This document shows, piece by piece, positions 13,005 to 27,074 of a stretch of DNA of 64,000 nt. Source of the DNA: Eledone cirrhosa (Eukaryota); the NCBI GenBank assembly GCA_964016885.1, contig OZ024753.1:37386001-37450000 (forward strand), read 5' to 3'. The notes beneath the pieces were generated by a model. It did no database searches and was not told where the DNA came from. It worked only from the letters and a program-made list of their open reading frames with translations. A program made the translations under genes and the position numbers. Each line of letters begins with the position of its first letter. Position 1 is the first letter of the stretch.

Positions 13005-13180
13005 AATTGTTTCTACACATTGGCACAAGGCCAGCAATTATTACAGTGCATTTCTGGTACTTTGTTCTGTTGACCCCGTAAGGATGAAAGGCAAAGTTAA
13101 CCTCGACGGGATTTGAACTCAAACCATAAAGGGCCGTAACTCTTTGCTGCAAAGCATGGCGTCTGACCTTCTACTGCCTA
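13005..13180 (-). mobile_element. tRNA-derived SINE with Meta-domain-like core
   Basis: Reverse complement gagttcaaatcccgtcgaggttaactttgcctttcatccttacggggtc...gctggccttgtgcc. Confidence 0.8.
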
Positions 13181-13614
13181 CAGAGTAAACTTACACCTGT
13201 CCTAATGAAAGGACAATTGGTCACATACATTCCTTCAGTGCAAAACACCATTCGACTGTGACGGCCAACTGTGAATGGTTATACAAAATCCACAGATATT
13301 TTCAAAAGTGTAACATTGTTCACCTTCTTAAATAAGCTTGCAACCCGTGTGGGGGTGCTGATTGCCAGGAAATATGCTCTGATAGCACCCTATATATCTG
13401 CCAGTGTTAATTTAGTACTGATTACATTGTGAACAGGAAATCCACAAATTTTGCATGTTTATTTTAGTAATACACAAAATACATGGCACAGATCGTTGGC
13501 CTGATAGTTCGTAAGCTGAGGACAAACACTTGTGTCGCTTTATTCACAGACATATATATATCTCCCGCACTCTCTTTCTCCCTCTTATACCCACTCTTAT
13601 TCATATATATATGT

Positions 13615-13805
13615 GTAGGTAACACGGTAAAAACCTCCCTGTCCACACTGTAAACGTGGTTGGTGTTGGGAAGGGCACACAGCCGTAGAAAACCCGCCAG
13701 ACAGTCCTATACGAGCAAGACAACCAATCTTGCCTCAAGTGGGAAAACTCCCGTCCAAACCCATGCAAGCGTGGAAGATGGACGTTAAACGATGATGATG
13801 ATGAT
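13615..13805 (+). mobile_element. SINE 3' part with RTE-type tail
   Basis: Inverted homolog of 12190-12432. Confidence 0.8.
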
Positions 13806-13899
13806 ATATATGGAGAGAGAGAGAGAGATCTATATCTATATATAGATGTATATATATATATATATATACACACACAAGTTCCTCTAATTCATTCAGCTG

Positions 13900-14020
13900 G
13901 TGAGTGCGATATATAAACTGCTTCTTACTCAAGTATACAACACGCCTCGCCATCGAGAACTGAACTCTCGACCTTGTGGTCATGAGCTAAACACCCCAAC
14001 AGCTAAGCCACGTGCCTGCA
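13900..14020 (-). mobile_element. Degenerate tRNA-derived SINE head
   Basis: Reverse complement ggcacgtggcttagctgttggggtg...gagagttcagttctc. Confidence 0.6.
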
Positions 14021-14391
14021 GATGAAAGGGAAAAGAAAGACTTTAGTTCGCTTCGTAACTGGAGATATACTGATAACATGGACGTCGTCTTTCACACTTC
14101 ATTTAAAGTTGTACTGTTGACAGATAAAGTTGTTCGCTAAAATATACCTACATCTCTCTCTCTCTCCCACAGCCCCCCCCCCTCTCTCTCTCCCACACCA
14201 TCCCTCCCTCTCTCTATTGCTCTTTCTCTCGCTCTCACTCTTTCCTATCCTCCTCCCTCTCTCTATTGCTCTCTCTCTCTCTCTTTCTTTCTCGGCACTT
14301 TCATTCTCTTTCTACCCCTCACACACATATAAGCACACAGTCTCTCAATTACACATACATATAAACATTCACTCACACACATATATATACG

Positions 14392-14429
<38 letters not shown>

Positions 14430-14679
14430 ACACACACACTCTCTCTCACACGTTCAGCCACTACCAGAGCTAAAACCACAAAGTTAACGTCAACCAAACT
14501 AGGCAGCCATTAGTAGAAACGATGATAGCAACGATGTCAACACAAGTACAACCAGATGAAGAAATAGAAAGAAGATCAACAGAGACCATGGGGTCGTGAA
14601 GTCGCTGGGACTTCGGGGTGGGGCTATACCATGCCCCCACCATCCCACAAAAAAAGCTTTCGATAAAAAGTTGAAATAC

Positions 14680-15020
14680 CGCCCAAATTAACTTTGCCTT
14701 TCATCCTTACAAGGTTCGAAAAAATAAAGTACCAGTAACACACTTGGGTCGATTAAATCGACTTTCCCCTCACCAAAAATTGTTGGCCTTGTGCCTAAAT
14801 CAGAAACCATTATTTAGCTGATAGGGCGGTGGATTGGCAGTATCGGTAGAGGGTCGGACGCTATGCTTTGACGTATAGAGTTACGGCCCTTGCCATTCTG
14901 AGTTCAAATCCCGCCGAGATTAACTTTACCTTTCATCCTTACGGGGTCGAGAAAATAAAGTACCAGTAATGTACTGGGTAATTTGCTGGCCTTGTGCCAA
15001 AAGTAGAAACAATTATTTAG
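14680..15020 (+). mobile_element. Two tandem tRNA-derived Meta-domain-like SINEs
   Basis: Partial copy 14680-14815 and full copy 14824-15020 (ggcggtggattggcagtatcgg...gagttcaaatcccgccgag...cctttcatccttacggggtcga). Confidence 0.85.
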
Positions 15021-15514
15021 CTGATGTTTGAAGCATAACTTAAGAGAGGTTCTTACAAAAAAATATGAAGGGAGATTTTTCAGATAAATATAAAGTTTGT
15101 ATCGTAGAACTAGGGACAGTTCCAGGGTTCCAGGTGGTTTGATGTTAAAAGGGTTAAAGGCTTGATTATATCAATATATAATTAAAATGTGAGGAAAACC
15201 ATAATTTCTAATTTAGGCACAAGGCCAGCAAATTTGGAGTAAGCGCAAAGTTGATTAAATCGACCTCAATATTTGACTGGTATTTTGTTTTATCGACCCC
15301 CAGGAGGAAGATAAACTAACGACCGCAAGAGGGGGATAAAATAACGACCCCAGGAAGGGGATAAAATAACGTACTAATCAAATAAGAAAATATTAAAGGC
15401 AAAGAAACCAGAAGAGTCCTAATAGGGTAAAACGGCTCCCTAATTAGTTTCTTTGATCAAACAAAATAACTAAATTGAATTTCAATAACATCTGTCATCG
15501 AGGAAGTGAAACAC

Positions 15515-15703
15515 CCAGCAACAACAACAACATCGACAAAAGCATCAGCAGCAACAACAACAGCAACAACATTACACTATCGACAAAAGCAATAACAACA
15601 TTAACAACGACAGAAGCAACAATATCAGCAACAACATCAATGACGACAGCAACAACAACAACAGCAACATCAACGACGACAGCAACAACAACAACAACAA
15701 CAG

Positions 15704-15734
<31 letters not shown>

Positions 15735-15900
15735 AACAGCAACAACATCAACGACGACAGCAACAACATCAATGACGACAGCAACATCAACGACGACAAC
15801 ATCAACGACGACAACAACATCAACGACGACAGCAACAACAACAGCAACAACAACAATATCAATGACGACAGCAGCAACAACAATAACAGTAACAATATTA
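15515..15900. repeat. Degenerate (ACA)n/(ACG)n trinucleotide tract
   Basis: Direct reading; source of the poly-Thr ORF. Confidence 0.9.
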
Positions 15901-16522
15901 ATACTGATAACTACGACAAGAACGACGCCAACTATCACAAATAAAACACAAAAATTAATACAAAACGCAAAATACATCGTACAACTTACATCGTACAAAC
16001 TTACAACGTACAAACTTACAACGTACAAACTTACAAAATACATACCAAAAACAATAAATGGCAACAAAAAACAGGAAAATCCCCGAAATCACAGCCGTAT
16101 AAGGAGCTATTTAAAAAGGAATGATACCCAGAACAGTCTACAGCTGAGTGGAAAGTAAACAACAATCCCCTTTAAAAGTGATTCACTTGAAAAGAGGCCG
16201 AATTTTGCCATCAAAACATGTCGCCGCGCAAAGAGGTTTTCGTGAACCCATTCACCTTTCTACGTATATACAAATATACATATATTTCCATACACACACA
16301 CACGTCCAAACACATTGATACATACGTACATACATACACACATATATATAAATATGATTATATTTGTGCGTGTGTACATGTGTATATATACAAATATACA
16401 CCCATAGATACATACACAAACGTACATACACACACACACGTATATATATATATGCGCCACCGATAGATATATATATATATACGATATTAATAAATGGAAA
16501 CTATATTTATAAAACCATATTT

Positions 16523-16585
16523 ATTTCATTATACATATTTCAGGGATACCACATTAAATTATGGTATGCCTTCATCAGACAAAAT
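16523..16585 (-). ncRNA. Type I hammerhead ribozyme (family F)
   Basis: Reverse complement attttgt-CTGATGA-aggcataccata...tgtggtatccct-GAAA-tatgt-ATA-atgaaat. Confidence 0.75.
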
Positions 16586-16657
16586 ACAATATATAACAGT
16601 TTTACAAATAGGTTTGACGTACCCTTTAAAATACAACCATTACTTTTGGAGGTTTGA

Positions 16658-16715
16658 ATACCTGATGATGTCACCGGATTCATACTGAACCCGGTCATTG
16701 AAATGTTCATAGTAT
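16658..16715 (+). ncRNA. Type I hammerhead-like ribozyme (family G)
   Basis: atac-CTGATGA-tgtcaccggattca(tac)tgaacccggtcatt-GAAA-tgttc-ATA-gtat, lying in a repeat at 16650-16912. Confidence 0.65.
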
Positions 16716-16912
16716 AATAAACCTTTCAAGGATTTACACTAGTCCAGCCTACTGTTATTTTATAATCATTAACTCCGTACTCGCACCACCAACTACACAA
16801 ACGAAGACGGGTGAGTTGCATTACGTTGAGTGCTCTCCCTAATATTACATCGAGGTTGACCATACAAAATGACCTGTTCTATCCAGTGGTGAACCAACAA
16901 ACCTAAATAAAT

Positions 16913-16958
<46 letters not shown>

Positions 16959-17044
16959 ATATATATATATATGGTGGGGGTGAATTAGAGGTGTTGTTGA
17001 AATACCGAAATATTCTTTTTACACTGTACCAACCACACTACCAA

Positions 17045-17195
17045 TTTTTTCATGGAAAGTTTGGCGGTGGGTGGTTACAGTCGTAGCCCCAACACTCCAC
17101 CGTTCATTTGCAACAAGGAAAGCAGATTTTAAAAAGACTACCAAGAAACCTTAACCGATTCTTCTGAGATTTGGTTTCATTCGACCGACATTTCT
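17045..17195 (+). pseudogene. Possible decayed PLE GIY-YIG C-terminus
   Basis: Frameshifted pieces FSWKV...ICNKESRF...LNR..SEIWF resemble the W.I...C.LC..E...LN.RSE motif of some PLE endonucleases. A family F HHR follows at 17656. Confidence 0.35.
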
Positions 17196-17655
17196 GTCAC
17201 ACTAGATTGACATCTTCTGAGTAATATTAACAACTGAACGAACACAAAAGAGAAACTGTCTTTGTTCACTTGTTCTTGTTTGTCAAATGACAGAAAGCGG
17301 ATATTCATTGTGTGACTTCGTATTCAAGTGTAACCTTTCACTCACAGCTTCTTGGAGTACATACAGGCACACTTTCACTTACAGCCACACCTGACCTAAA
17401 GCTTCTTAGAGAAATGAAACCTGACAGAACATTACACAGGGCTGGATTATTGCTTCTTGAAGTGCAAACACAATGCTACACAGGTTCTTGGAACGGGTGC
17501 AGATAGACATCCACTCACAGTTGAGTTATTGTATCTTGGTCTACTGCATGCAGACAATCTCTCAATCTGACAATTAGCAGATTTGAATTCAAACAGAACT
17601 TAAAACGATAAGTTCTTGATATTGAATATATCACTATCTATAAAACAACTTTTGT

Positions 17656-17716
17656 ATTTTATCTGATAAGAGCGTATCAAAAAATGTTAGTACCCTTGAA
17701 ATATATATAATAAAAT
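17656..17716 (+). ncRNA. Degenerate hammerhead (family F, G8A core)
   Basis: attttat-CTGATAA-...-GAAATATATATA-ataaaat. Confidence 0.55.
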
Positions 17717-17848
17717 AAATATGGTTTTATAAAGATAGTTTCAATTTATTAATATTATTGATATTATACTCCAGAAGAAATTTGTAGAGTGCTTCAAATC
17801 TGTTATAAATAAATTTGTTGAATGACCAACAAATTAAATAACTCTTTG

Positions 17849-17917
<69 letters not shown>

Positions 17918-18020
17918 ATTTAAATGGGTACAGTTCAGTTAAAAGGAATTTATTGACACGTGTTTCAATAACAGTTACATAACCTGAAAACAGCTGCTAT
18001 CTACTACACTACGAAAAATA

Positions 18021-18062
<42 letters not shown>

Positions 18063-18065
<3 letters not shown>

Positions 18066-18280
18066 TAGAAAGCGAGGTTTTTTTTTACAAAATGAAAAAT
18101 AACCGAGATGTCCTACACGAGTAAAAGTATAAAGAAAAAAAGATGAAATCGAAAATGCAACTGGAGTCTTATTTTTAAAAAAATATATATATTTATTTGG
18201 TTCCTTTACCGGTTTCGCAGTTCTTCTGCTTTTCAAAAGTAGAGTTGAGATGGAGGGTCTGTGGTTTTTCTCACATCTCA
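18063..18280 (-). mobile_element. Family D mini-element with U3-A8 HHR at 18203-18240
   Basis: Inverted copy of 24312-24527, between (TA)n tracts. Confidence 0.8.
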
Positions 18281-18329
18281 CATATATATATATATATGTA
18301 TATATATGTATATATATATAGAGAGAGAC

Positions 18330-18678
18330 TTGAAGGCGGCCAACCGGGCTGGAAACTGCTTCTCGTCTCTCTGCCTTTTCAGCCCCATGGATTGTGTCTA
18401 TTATATTCCTTTGTTAAATTTCGAATACCTGATGATGTCACCGGATTCATACTGAACCCGGTCATTGAAATGTTCATAGTATAATAAACCTTTAAGGAAT
18501 TACACCACTCCAGCCTCCTGTTATTTTATAATAATAAACTCCGTACTCGCACCACCAACTACACAAACGAAGATGGGTGAGTTGCATTACGTCGAGTGCT
18601 CTCCCTAATATTACATCACGGTTGGCTATACGGAATGACCAGTTCTATTCAGTGGTGAACCAACAAAGCTAAATGAAT
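18330..18678 (+). mobile_element. Family G element with HHR at 18425-18482
   Basis: Direct repeat of 16650-16912 with an identical HHR sequence; ends at (TA)n. Confidence 0.8.
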
Positions 18679-18702
18679 ATATATATATAGGTCTATATAT
18701 AT

Positions 18703-18958
18703 AGGTCGGGCCCTACTGCGCATGCGCGAAGGTTGGATCCCACTGCGCATGCGTGAAGGTTCGACAGCACTGCGCATGCGCTAAGGTTGGACCGTAGTGC
18801 GCATGCGCGACGGTTGGACCATACTGCGCATGCACGAAGGTTCGATCCCACTGCGCATGCATGAAGGTTGGACAGCACTGCGCATTTGATAAGGTTGGAC
18901 TGTACTGCGCATGCGCGAAGGTCGGACCGTACAGCGCATGCGCGTAGGTTGAACCCCA
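18703..18958. repeat. 27-bp GC-rich minisatellite, 9 units, with TGCGCATGCG core
   Basis: actgcgcatgcg (or a close variant) recurs at 18715, 18742, 18769 ... 18931. Confidence 0.95.
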
Positions 18959-19762
<804 letters not shown>

Positions 19763-19980
19763 ATACGATATTAAACAAATGGAAACTATATTTATAAAAC
19801 CATATTTATTTCGTTATATATATTTCTGGGATATCATATTAAAAATATGGTATGCCTTCCTCAGACAAAATACAATACATAAGCTGTTTTATAAATAATT
19901 AGTGACATACCTTGTAATAATGCAACTTCCTTTTAAAAAGTTGATTTGGTAACCCAACAATCTTAAATAAAACTTTTGCA
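19763..19980 (-). mobile_element. Family F mini-element with HHR (19808-19871, minus) and plus-strand terminal piece
   Basis: Reverse complement attttgt-CTGAGGA-aggcataccata...-GAAATATATATA-acgaaat. Terminal cccaacaatcttaaataaaacttttgca abuts (TA)n. Confidence 0.75.
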
Positions 19981-20151
19981 TATATATATAATATATATAT
20001 ATATTATATATTAGAAATATATATATATATTAGAAATATATATATATCTTATATATATATATTATATATGTGTCCTTTTTATCGAATAAAAAGGACACAG
20101 CTTCAGTCGTTTACTCAATCACTCAATAATCTAATTTAGGCCGTATTATTA

Positions 20152-20338
20152 AGTGGATTGGCAGTATCGGTAGAAAGTCGGACACCATGCTTTCCAGCAT
20201 AGTTACGTCCCTTTACAGTCTGAGTTCAAATCCCGCCGAGGTTTACTTTGCCTTTCATCCTTACGGGGTCGATAAAATAAAGTACCAGTAATACACTGGC
20301 TAATTGCTGGCCTTGTGCCTAACGTAGAAACAATTATT
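20152..20338 (+). mobile_element. tRNA-derived Meta-domain-like SINE
   Basis: Same family as 14824-15020. Confidence 0.85.
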
Positions 20339-21159
20339 AAAATTAGAACCCAACTGATTAGAGTGTACGTTAGTCAGCGAGGAACATGATTTCGTATGTA
20401 ATTATGTATAGTTCCAACAGTAACACATACAGGTACTTAAGTTTCGTTGGTACCACCAAATTCCTTGTTGGTTTTTGTCCCTCCGGGATCATTAAAATAA
20501 ATACAAGACATTCATGGGATATAATTAATTGACTACACCCTTCCGTAGAATTGGGTGTCCATGTTATAATGATTATTTCTGCCAGTAGTGACAATAAATC
20601 ATTATTATTACTAGTAAAAGCACCACCCTCTGAACAGCTTTCTGTTAGTTTATGTAATATATATATTGTGGTTTATTGTATATATAAAATTACATTGTTC
20701 TGTGTGTCCTTTCCAAATGTAAGATAATAGGCGTGTGATTTGAGTCAGATTTAGCTGCTATTTCTTGCAGAATAAGCTACTGCTATGCAGAGATCATCTC
20801 TTATTGACCGAAATAAAATAAGTTCTTGTTTTTCATTCCCTGACTAATAAGGATCGAAACTATATTATTCAATATAAAGTCGGGGAATTAACGGAGTAGT
20901 TGGAACATCGGACAGTTTGCTTTGTGCTCCATGGTAAAGTTTACCCTTCATCCTTTCAAGGTTGATAAATAAAGTACCAGTCCAATACTAGTGTCGATTC
21001 TTCATCTATATATCTTCCTCGCTTCCTCTCTATCACTCACTTGTTTCTCTCTCTCTCTCTCTCTCTCCCATTCTCTTGATGAAATCGGACTTCTCTCTCC
21101 TTCTCTTGATAACATTGGACCTCCTCCCTCTCTCTCTCTCTCTCTCTCTCCCTCTCTCT

Positions 21160-21818
21160 CTCAACCCAACAAGGGTTAATGTCAACCCTCCTGGGAGTTT
21201 AGGTTCAGAGAAAAAAAATAGCTTAATGACGAAAAAGAGTGATGGCTGTCGAGGTAGTGGTGACAACATAATGACACTTAATACCACGCTGAGTCTCTCA
21301 TCTGACCTATCACTGCACTTCTGATTCGACCATGTATTTCAGCCTTAATCTTTGTTATGACACAGTCTGCGGGCTCAAATCTCCAGGCTCTACCCCACCA
21401 TCCCACGCTCTTGTCCCTACGTCTCGATTTTTCTTTCTTTCTCACTTCGAAAAGACTAATCAAACACAGCTCCAGTTCCCAATGGACTGTGGACTATGCA
21501 TGAATGCTTTTTATTCCTATGAGTTATACGCTTGCGTGTGTTCGTGCTCGCATGTATATGATAGAATCATGTGTCTCAACAACAAACTTTTGACCAATCC
21601 TTGTGACAATCACTTTTACCATATATGGAATTACCCCCTGAGAAGTTCGGCCATTCATTTACCAGGATAAAAATTTTCATTTAGTCCAGAATTAGCCGTC
21701 GAAACGGCTTGAGCTCAGCCGTCGGGGTCCTACTCGTTCCTATTACCCACTCTACTACCCTAAGTATTGAGTACTTTGGTGCGTTATGGTCCATCTGGTT
21801 CCTTACTTCATTTCCTTC

Positions 21819-21822
<4 letters not shown>
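21160..21822 (+). mobile_element. Longest family B element, with near-complete HHR at 21633-21728
   Basis: acccc-CTGAGAA-gttcggccattc...gaattagccgtc-GAAA-cggc(ttgagctca)gcc-GTC-ggggt. The 3' tail matches other family B copies and ends in (TA)n. The 5' boundary is uncertain. Confidence 0.7.
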
Positions 21823-21906
<84 letters not shown>

Positions 21907-21908
21907 CA

Positions 21909-22026
<118 letters not shown>

Positions 22027-22043
22027 TATATACATATATACAC

Positions 22044-22077
<34 letters not shown>

Positions 22078-22362
22078 TTATATATATGTATGTGTGTGTC
22101 ATCATATTTGTCATTGATTTTTCATTTACATGGTTATATTTTTTTATAATTGTTTTTTGTTCTCGTTGCTTTTTTATTTGTTTTAATTATATGTTTTATT
22201 TTGTATTTTATTTTTAGGGTGGAGCGGTGGTCGGTGTCGGGGTCGAAGGGTCGGCTCTGTTCGGGTTATTCATTTCTTGAGAAAGTGAAATACGTCGAAC
22301 TTTACCCTCTTCAAAAGTCTCTGAGATTTAGACAGTTATACATATATATTAGATCTGCTGCT

Positions 22363-22414
<52 letters not shown>

Positions 22415-22415
22415 A

Positions 22416-22473
<58 letters not shown>

Positions 22474-22579
22474 TGACAGAAGGATAAAAATATATATATA
22501 TATATGTAGAGAGAGAGAGGGGGCGAGGGAGACAGTGATTGAGGACAGACAGACAGAGACAGGGAGGGAGAGAGGGAGA

Positions 22580-22633
<54 letters not shown>

Positions 22634-22835
22634 TGTTTCTTTATTAGCCACAGGGGCACAAAAGAAGGGGACAAATACAAAGGGGGAAGTTTACATACAA
22701 TAAAAACGTGTAAAATATTATCACAAATGCAATTTAAAAATTAATCGATTTTCCCCAATAGGGGGAGACAGTTCATATGGGTAACACATACCCCCGAAAA
22801 AATGTGCAACCCTCATCTCCAGGAGTACGAAGAGT

Positions 22836-23235
22836 TTGTACTCCTTTCCTCTCCTCCTCCTTTTCCTCAACCTACAGGCTGATATAGAGAGAAGGCCCAT
22901 TCACTCGGGCCATTCTCGCCACTTTCACCCACCTTTCATAAAACTTGCCGGGGTACAGCCCTCTCTCTCTATCCTGATTCTTCTTCCAAAGTGGTATTTG
23001 AAAAAAAGAATCAGTTGTTGGCCGGAGAGAAAGGTGTCTGACCTCAGCCCTTTCAACCTTGTCCACCATACAACCTCTTTCGCCATAGCTATCACACAAA
23101 GGAAAACCGCCTCTCCTTCGTTTTTGAAGAAGGGTGGCGGTTTGATCATGACAATGGACTCGGTGGTCAACCGGATTGGTCCCACCCGCGACAATAGTCG
23201 TCCCACATAGCCCCACAGGTCGGTGACGCCCGGGC
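22836..23235 (+). pseudogene. Possible decayed PLE RT thumb/linker fragment
   Basis: GC-richer island with frameshifted motifs GYSP and PFNLVHHTTSFAI resembling RGYP...PLVLTYHP. Confidence 0.3.
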
Positions 23236-23262
23236 AGATAGATAGGCAGAAAGACAAAAAAA

Positions 23263-23297
<35 letters not shown>

Positions 23298-24248
23298 GAG
23301 AGAGAAAGAGAGAGAGGGAGTGAGACAGACAGACAGAGAGAGGGAGGCAGGGAGTGGGAGAAAGAGAGAGCACAACACTAGTTACAAATAGCAACCTTAT
23401 CTTGTAAATGAAGCAATATGACTGGCTTTTCTGAAGTCCTTTCAACACTACATCTGATGTTTAAATTACAATTTGGAGTCGTTACAATTAATGTGATCGA
23501 GCAAACAACAACAACACCAACAACATTAGTATTAGTATTATTACTAATTTTTTCTACATTTAGCACAAGGCCAGCAATTTGAAGAGAAAAGGAAATTCAA
23601 ATAAATCGACCACAGTCCATTACTGGTACTTTATTTTATCGACCTCAGAGGGATGAAATGTCGGCGTGACAAACACAGGATGTTTGACAAGGCTGACTCT
23701 TTGAATTACAGGTACAGTCTATCTGATGGACTTCTAAACACCTACAGTAAATGACACTTGCCCAAAAGGCAACATAATGGTAAATAACACCTCGTCTACG
23801 ATGCCACCCAGTGGGATAAAACCTGGGACCGGACCTTATGATTGCGAAGTGGACTTCTTAACCCTTCGGCAATGCTATGTCCACAAGGTTAACAGCAACG
23901 AGTAATCGGCCACTGGCATCAAGAAAATATCTACTTAAAATACAGTTGACCTGTGAAGCGGATGTAGTCGTGTAAAGAACATTTGTAGCAATAAATAAAC
24001 TATTGAAATTATCAATGTTAATAAAAATGTTATATGGCATTTGGTAGTATTAAAGTCTTACACTAAAATAAATATTGTTGAGTCAAGATGGAACATATAC
24101 ATACATATATATATATTGGTTTACAGAATTTTTCGACGCTATTCAGTGTTATTTCTAAAATCATATATATATATATATATATATATATACCCATATACAT
24201 ATATATATATATATGTGTGTGTATATATATGTATATATATATATACCC

Positions 24249-24311
<63 letters not shown>

Positions 24312-24316
<5 letters not shown>

Positions 24317-24519
24317 TGAGAAAAACCACAGACCCTCCATCTCAACTCACCTTTTGAAAAGCAGAAGAACTGCGAAACCGGTAAAGGAACCAAATAAATA
24401 TATATATTTTTAAAAAAAAATAAGACTTCAGTTGCATTTTCGATTTCATCTCTTTTTCTTTATACTTTCACTCGTGTAGGACACCTCGGTTATTTTTCAT
24501 TTTGTAAAAAAAACCTCAC

Positions 24520-24527
<8 letters not shown>
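24312..24527 (+). mobile_element. Family D mini-element between (TA)n tracts
   Basis: Inverted copy at 18063-18280. Confidence 0.8.
24350..24387 (+). ncRNA. Minimal type I hammerhead with U3-A8 core variant (family D)
   Basis: cctt-TTGAAAA-gcag(aagaa)ctgc-GAAA-ccg-GTA-aagg. Confidence 0.72.
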
Positions 24528-24556
<29 letters not shown>

Positions 24557-24689
24557 TTAAGAATAACATGGTTGACAAAACAAATAAGTGTATTTAATTA
24601 TAGTCTTACAATTGTTTCCATGGTAGAATTGTCCATGAGACGTTGTTTTCGCAGACGCTTATCGGGTTACCTTTAACAATTTATTGTTA

Positions 24690-24836
<147 letters not shown>

Positions 24837-25246
24837 TGTGTGTCTTTGAGAGAGAGAGAGAGCGTGTGTGTTTGTATGTATATACGGGAGTTCGTGTTTA
24901 TGTCTCTATATATATATGTGAGTTCAGAACTAGTTGTTGAAGTGGCAGGAATTCAGCCGTCGGGGTCCGATTCCTTCATATATATATATACATATATGAT
25001 GTTGTCAACAGTTCATTTTTCATAATATAGTAATCTATTTTGTCATTTGTCTTAACATCTGTATATTTTATGGCAATAGAAAAATATGGTAGATTACACT
25101 TAAGGAATTAACTCTTTTAATATGGCATAAAATTTGCCAATGACTCTTCTATAGTTCTTCGGTTGTGAGATGTGTTTTATGGGCTTATAAAATTTGTCAC
25201 TTAAGTCACATAAATAACTGATAAATTTCCTTATGAATATACTCGA

Positions 25247-25329
<83 letters not shown>

Positions 25330-25406
25330 TATATATATATACACATATATATATATGTATGTATGTATGTATATATATATATATATATATACACATATAT
25401 ATTATG

Positions 25407-25500
<94 letters not shown>

Positions 25501-25774
25501 TGTTACATGAGTGATCATGCGTATAAATGCACGTGCATCGTATTTTATTTAAGATTAAGCATATTTTACTCATATTTATTATTATATATATTATATTTGT
25601 TATTATTATATATATTATATATATTATAGTTGTTATTAATATATGACATATTTATATCCTATATAAATCAAAATATGCATACGCCTAAACCTATATGCTA
25701 TACATATCGGGCATATACGTGAGTGTATTGTGTGTATATATATATATATACATATATATACATAAACATATATA

Positions 25775-25823
<49 letters not shown>

Positions 25824-26050
25824 AACCAACCAAGCAGTGAGTGAGTTCTGTTATTAATTCTGGCAATATTATTACACAAATATGACCCTCCCCAAGTATA
25901 ATATATATATATATATATATACATAAATACATATAAATATATATATACACATATATATATATATATATGCATACATATATATATATATACATACATATAT
26001 ATATATATACATACATTTGCTTATATACATACATACATTTGCTTATATAC

Positions 26051-26120
<70 letters not shown>

Positions 26121-26559
26121 GGGTGGGCAAGGCAGATTTATCTTTATATAGTACAGAATTAATCCCTGTCAAACCTCCACGGACTCAATACTGATTTCTA
26201 ACTTAGATACAAGGCCACCCCACAAGGAGAACCATCTATTATATCTACCCAGAGTCGGCGCCTGGGTTTTTAGTGTCCTTGCTTAGCTCTACAATGTGTT
26301 ATACTTTCGGGCAAATAAAATACCAGCATATGTTTTACGATTTATTTATTTATTGCAGGAAGTTATTAAAATTTTAATATTTTTTTAAGAGATCGACAAC
26401 ATGCCAAACATTAGTGTTATTAGTTTCACGCTTGAAAGAGAAGAAAAGGAAAGTTCAAACTATGGGACGATAATACTTCATCAGGAATAGAGGAACCACA
26501 AAGATGAGGTCCAGGGATTAGGATTAGAAGAAACACAAAGAGAGGATCCAAAGATTAGA

Positions 26560-26703
26560 TCAATCTGTTAGTGTCTCTGAGCAGTGAAAACACGTCTTTG
26601 GTTCTCAACAATCTGTTAGTCAGAGTCACTTTAGCTGAGCAGTGAAAACACACATCTGGTCCCCAGTAGAGCGTAGGTCAGTGTCGCTTTAACTGAGCAG
26701 TGC
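26560..26703 (-). repeat. Short tandem-unit repeat, inverted relative of 50390-50590
   Basis: ctgagcagtgaaaacac recurs; reverse complement of gtgttttcactgctcag at 50564-50579. Confidence 0.7.
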
Positions 26704-27074
26704 TTGATCCTTCTTTCCTTTAATTTTTCTTCTTTTCATTTTATTTTTCCTTCCTTTTCTGTTCCCTTTAATATTGTAGCTAATTGTTTTTTTATCACAT
26801 TAAATGATGTGTTACAGATGAACTTAAATAATATAACTAACTGGCTGTTCTGTTGATTTAACAAGTGGAGTACTCCTCGTCGTAACCGACGTGGGTCCAA
26901 CAACAACAATATTGTCTCATTCCAAGTTTGTTGAGTGATCTTGGTAATGACAGATACACGACTGGATCTGTCAACCAGAAAGAAATAATGAACTAAAATA
27001 TTTTTTTGTTAATTAACATCCTGTCAAATTCTTAATGACAACTATAAACTATACTTACTTATCTTAATCCAGGG

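Noticed and set aside
15475-16158. 227-aa Thr-rich mucin-like ORF
   Set aside because: It arises from an (ACA)n tract open in several frames on both strands; no domain or splice support
18703-18958. CRISPR-like appearance of the 27-bp array
   Set aside because: Variable parts are only 5-8 nt and related to each other; no cas genes; eukaryotic context
24603-24641. Minus-strand GAAACAATTGTA hammerhead half
   Set aside because: Stems are visible but the CUGANGA segment is absent, so it is not called as a ribozyme
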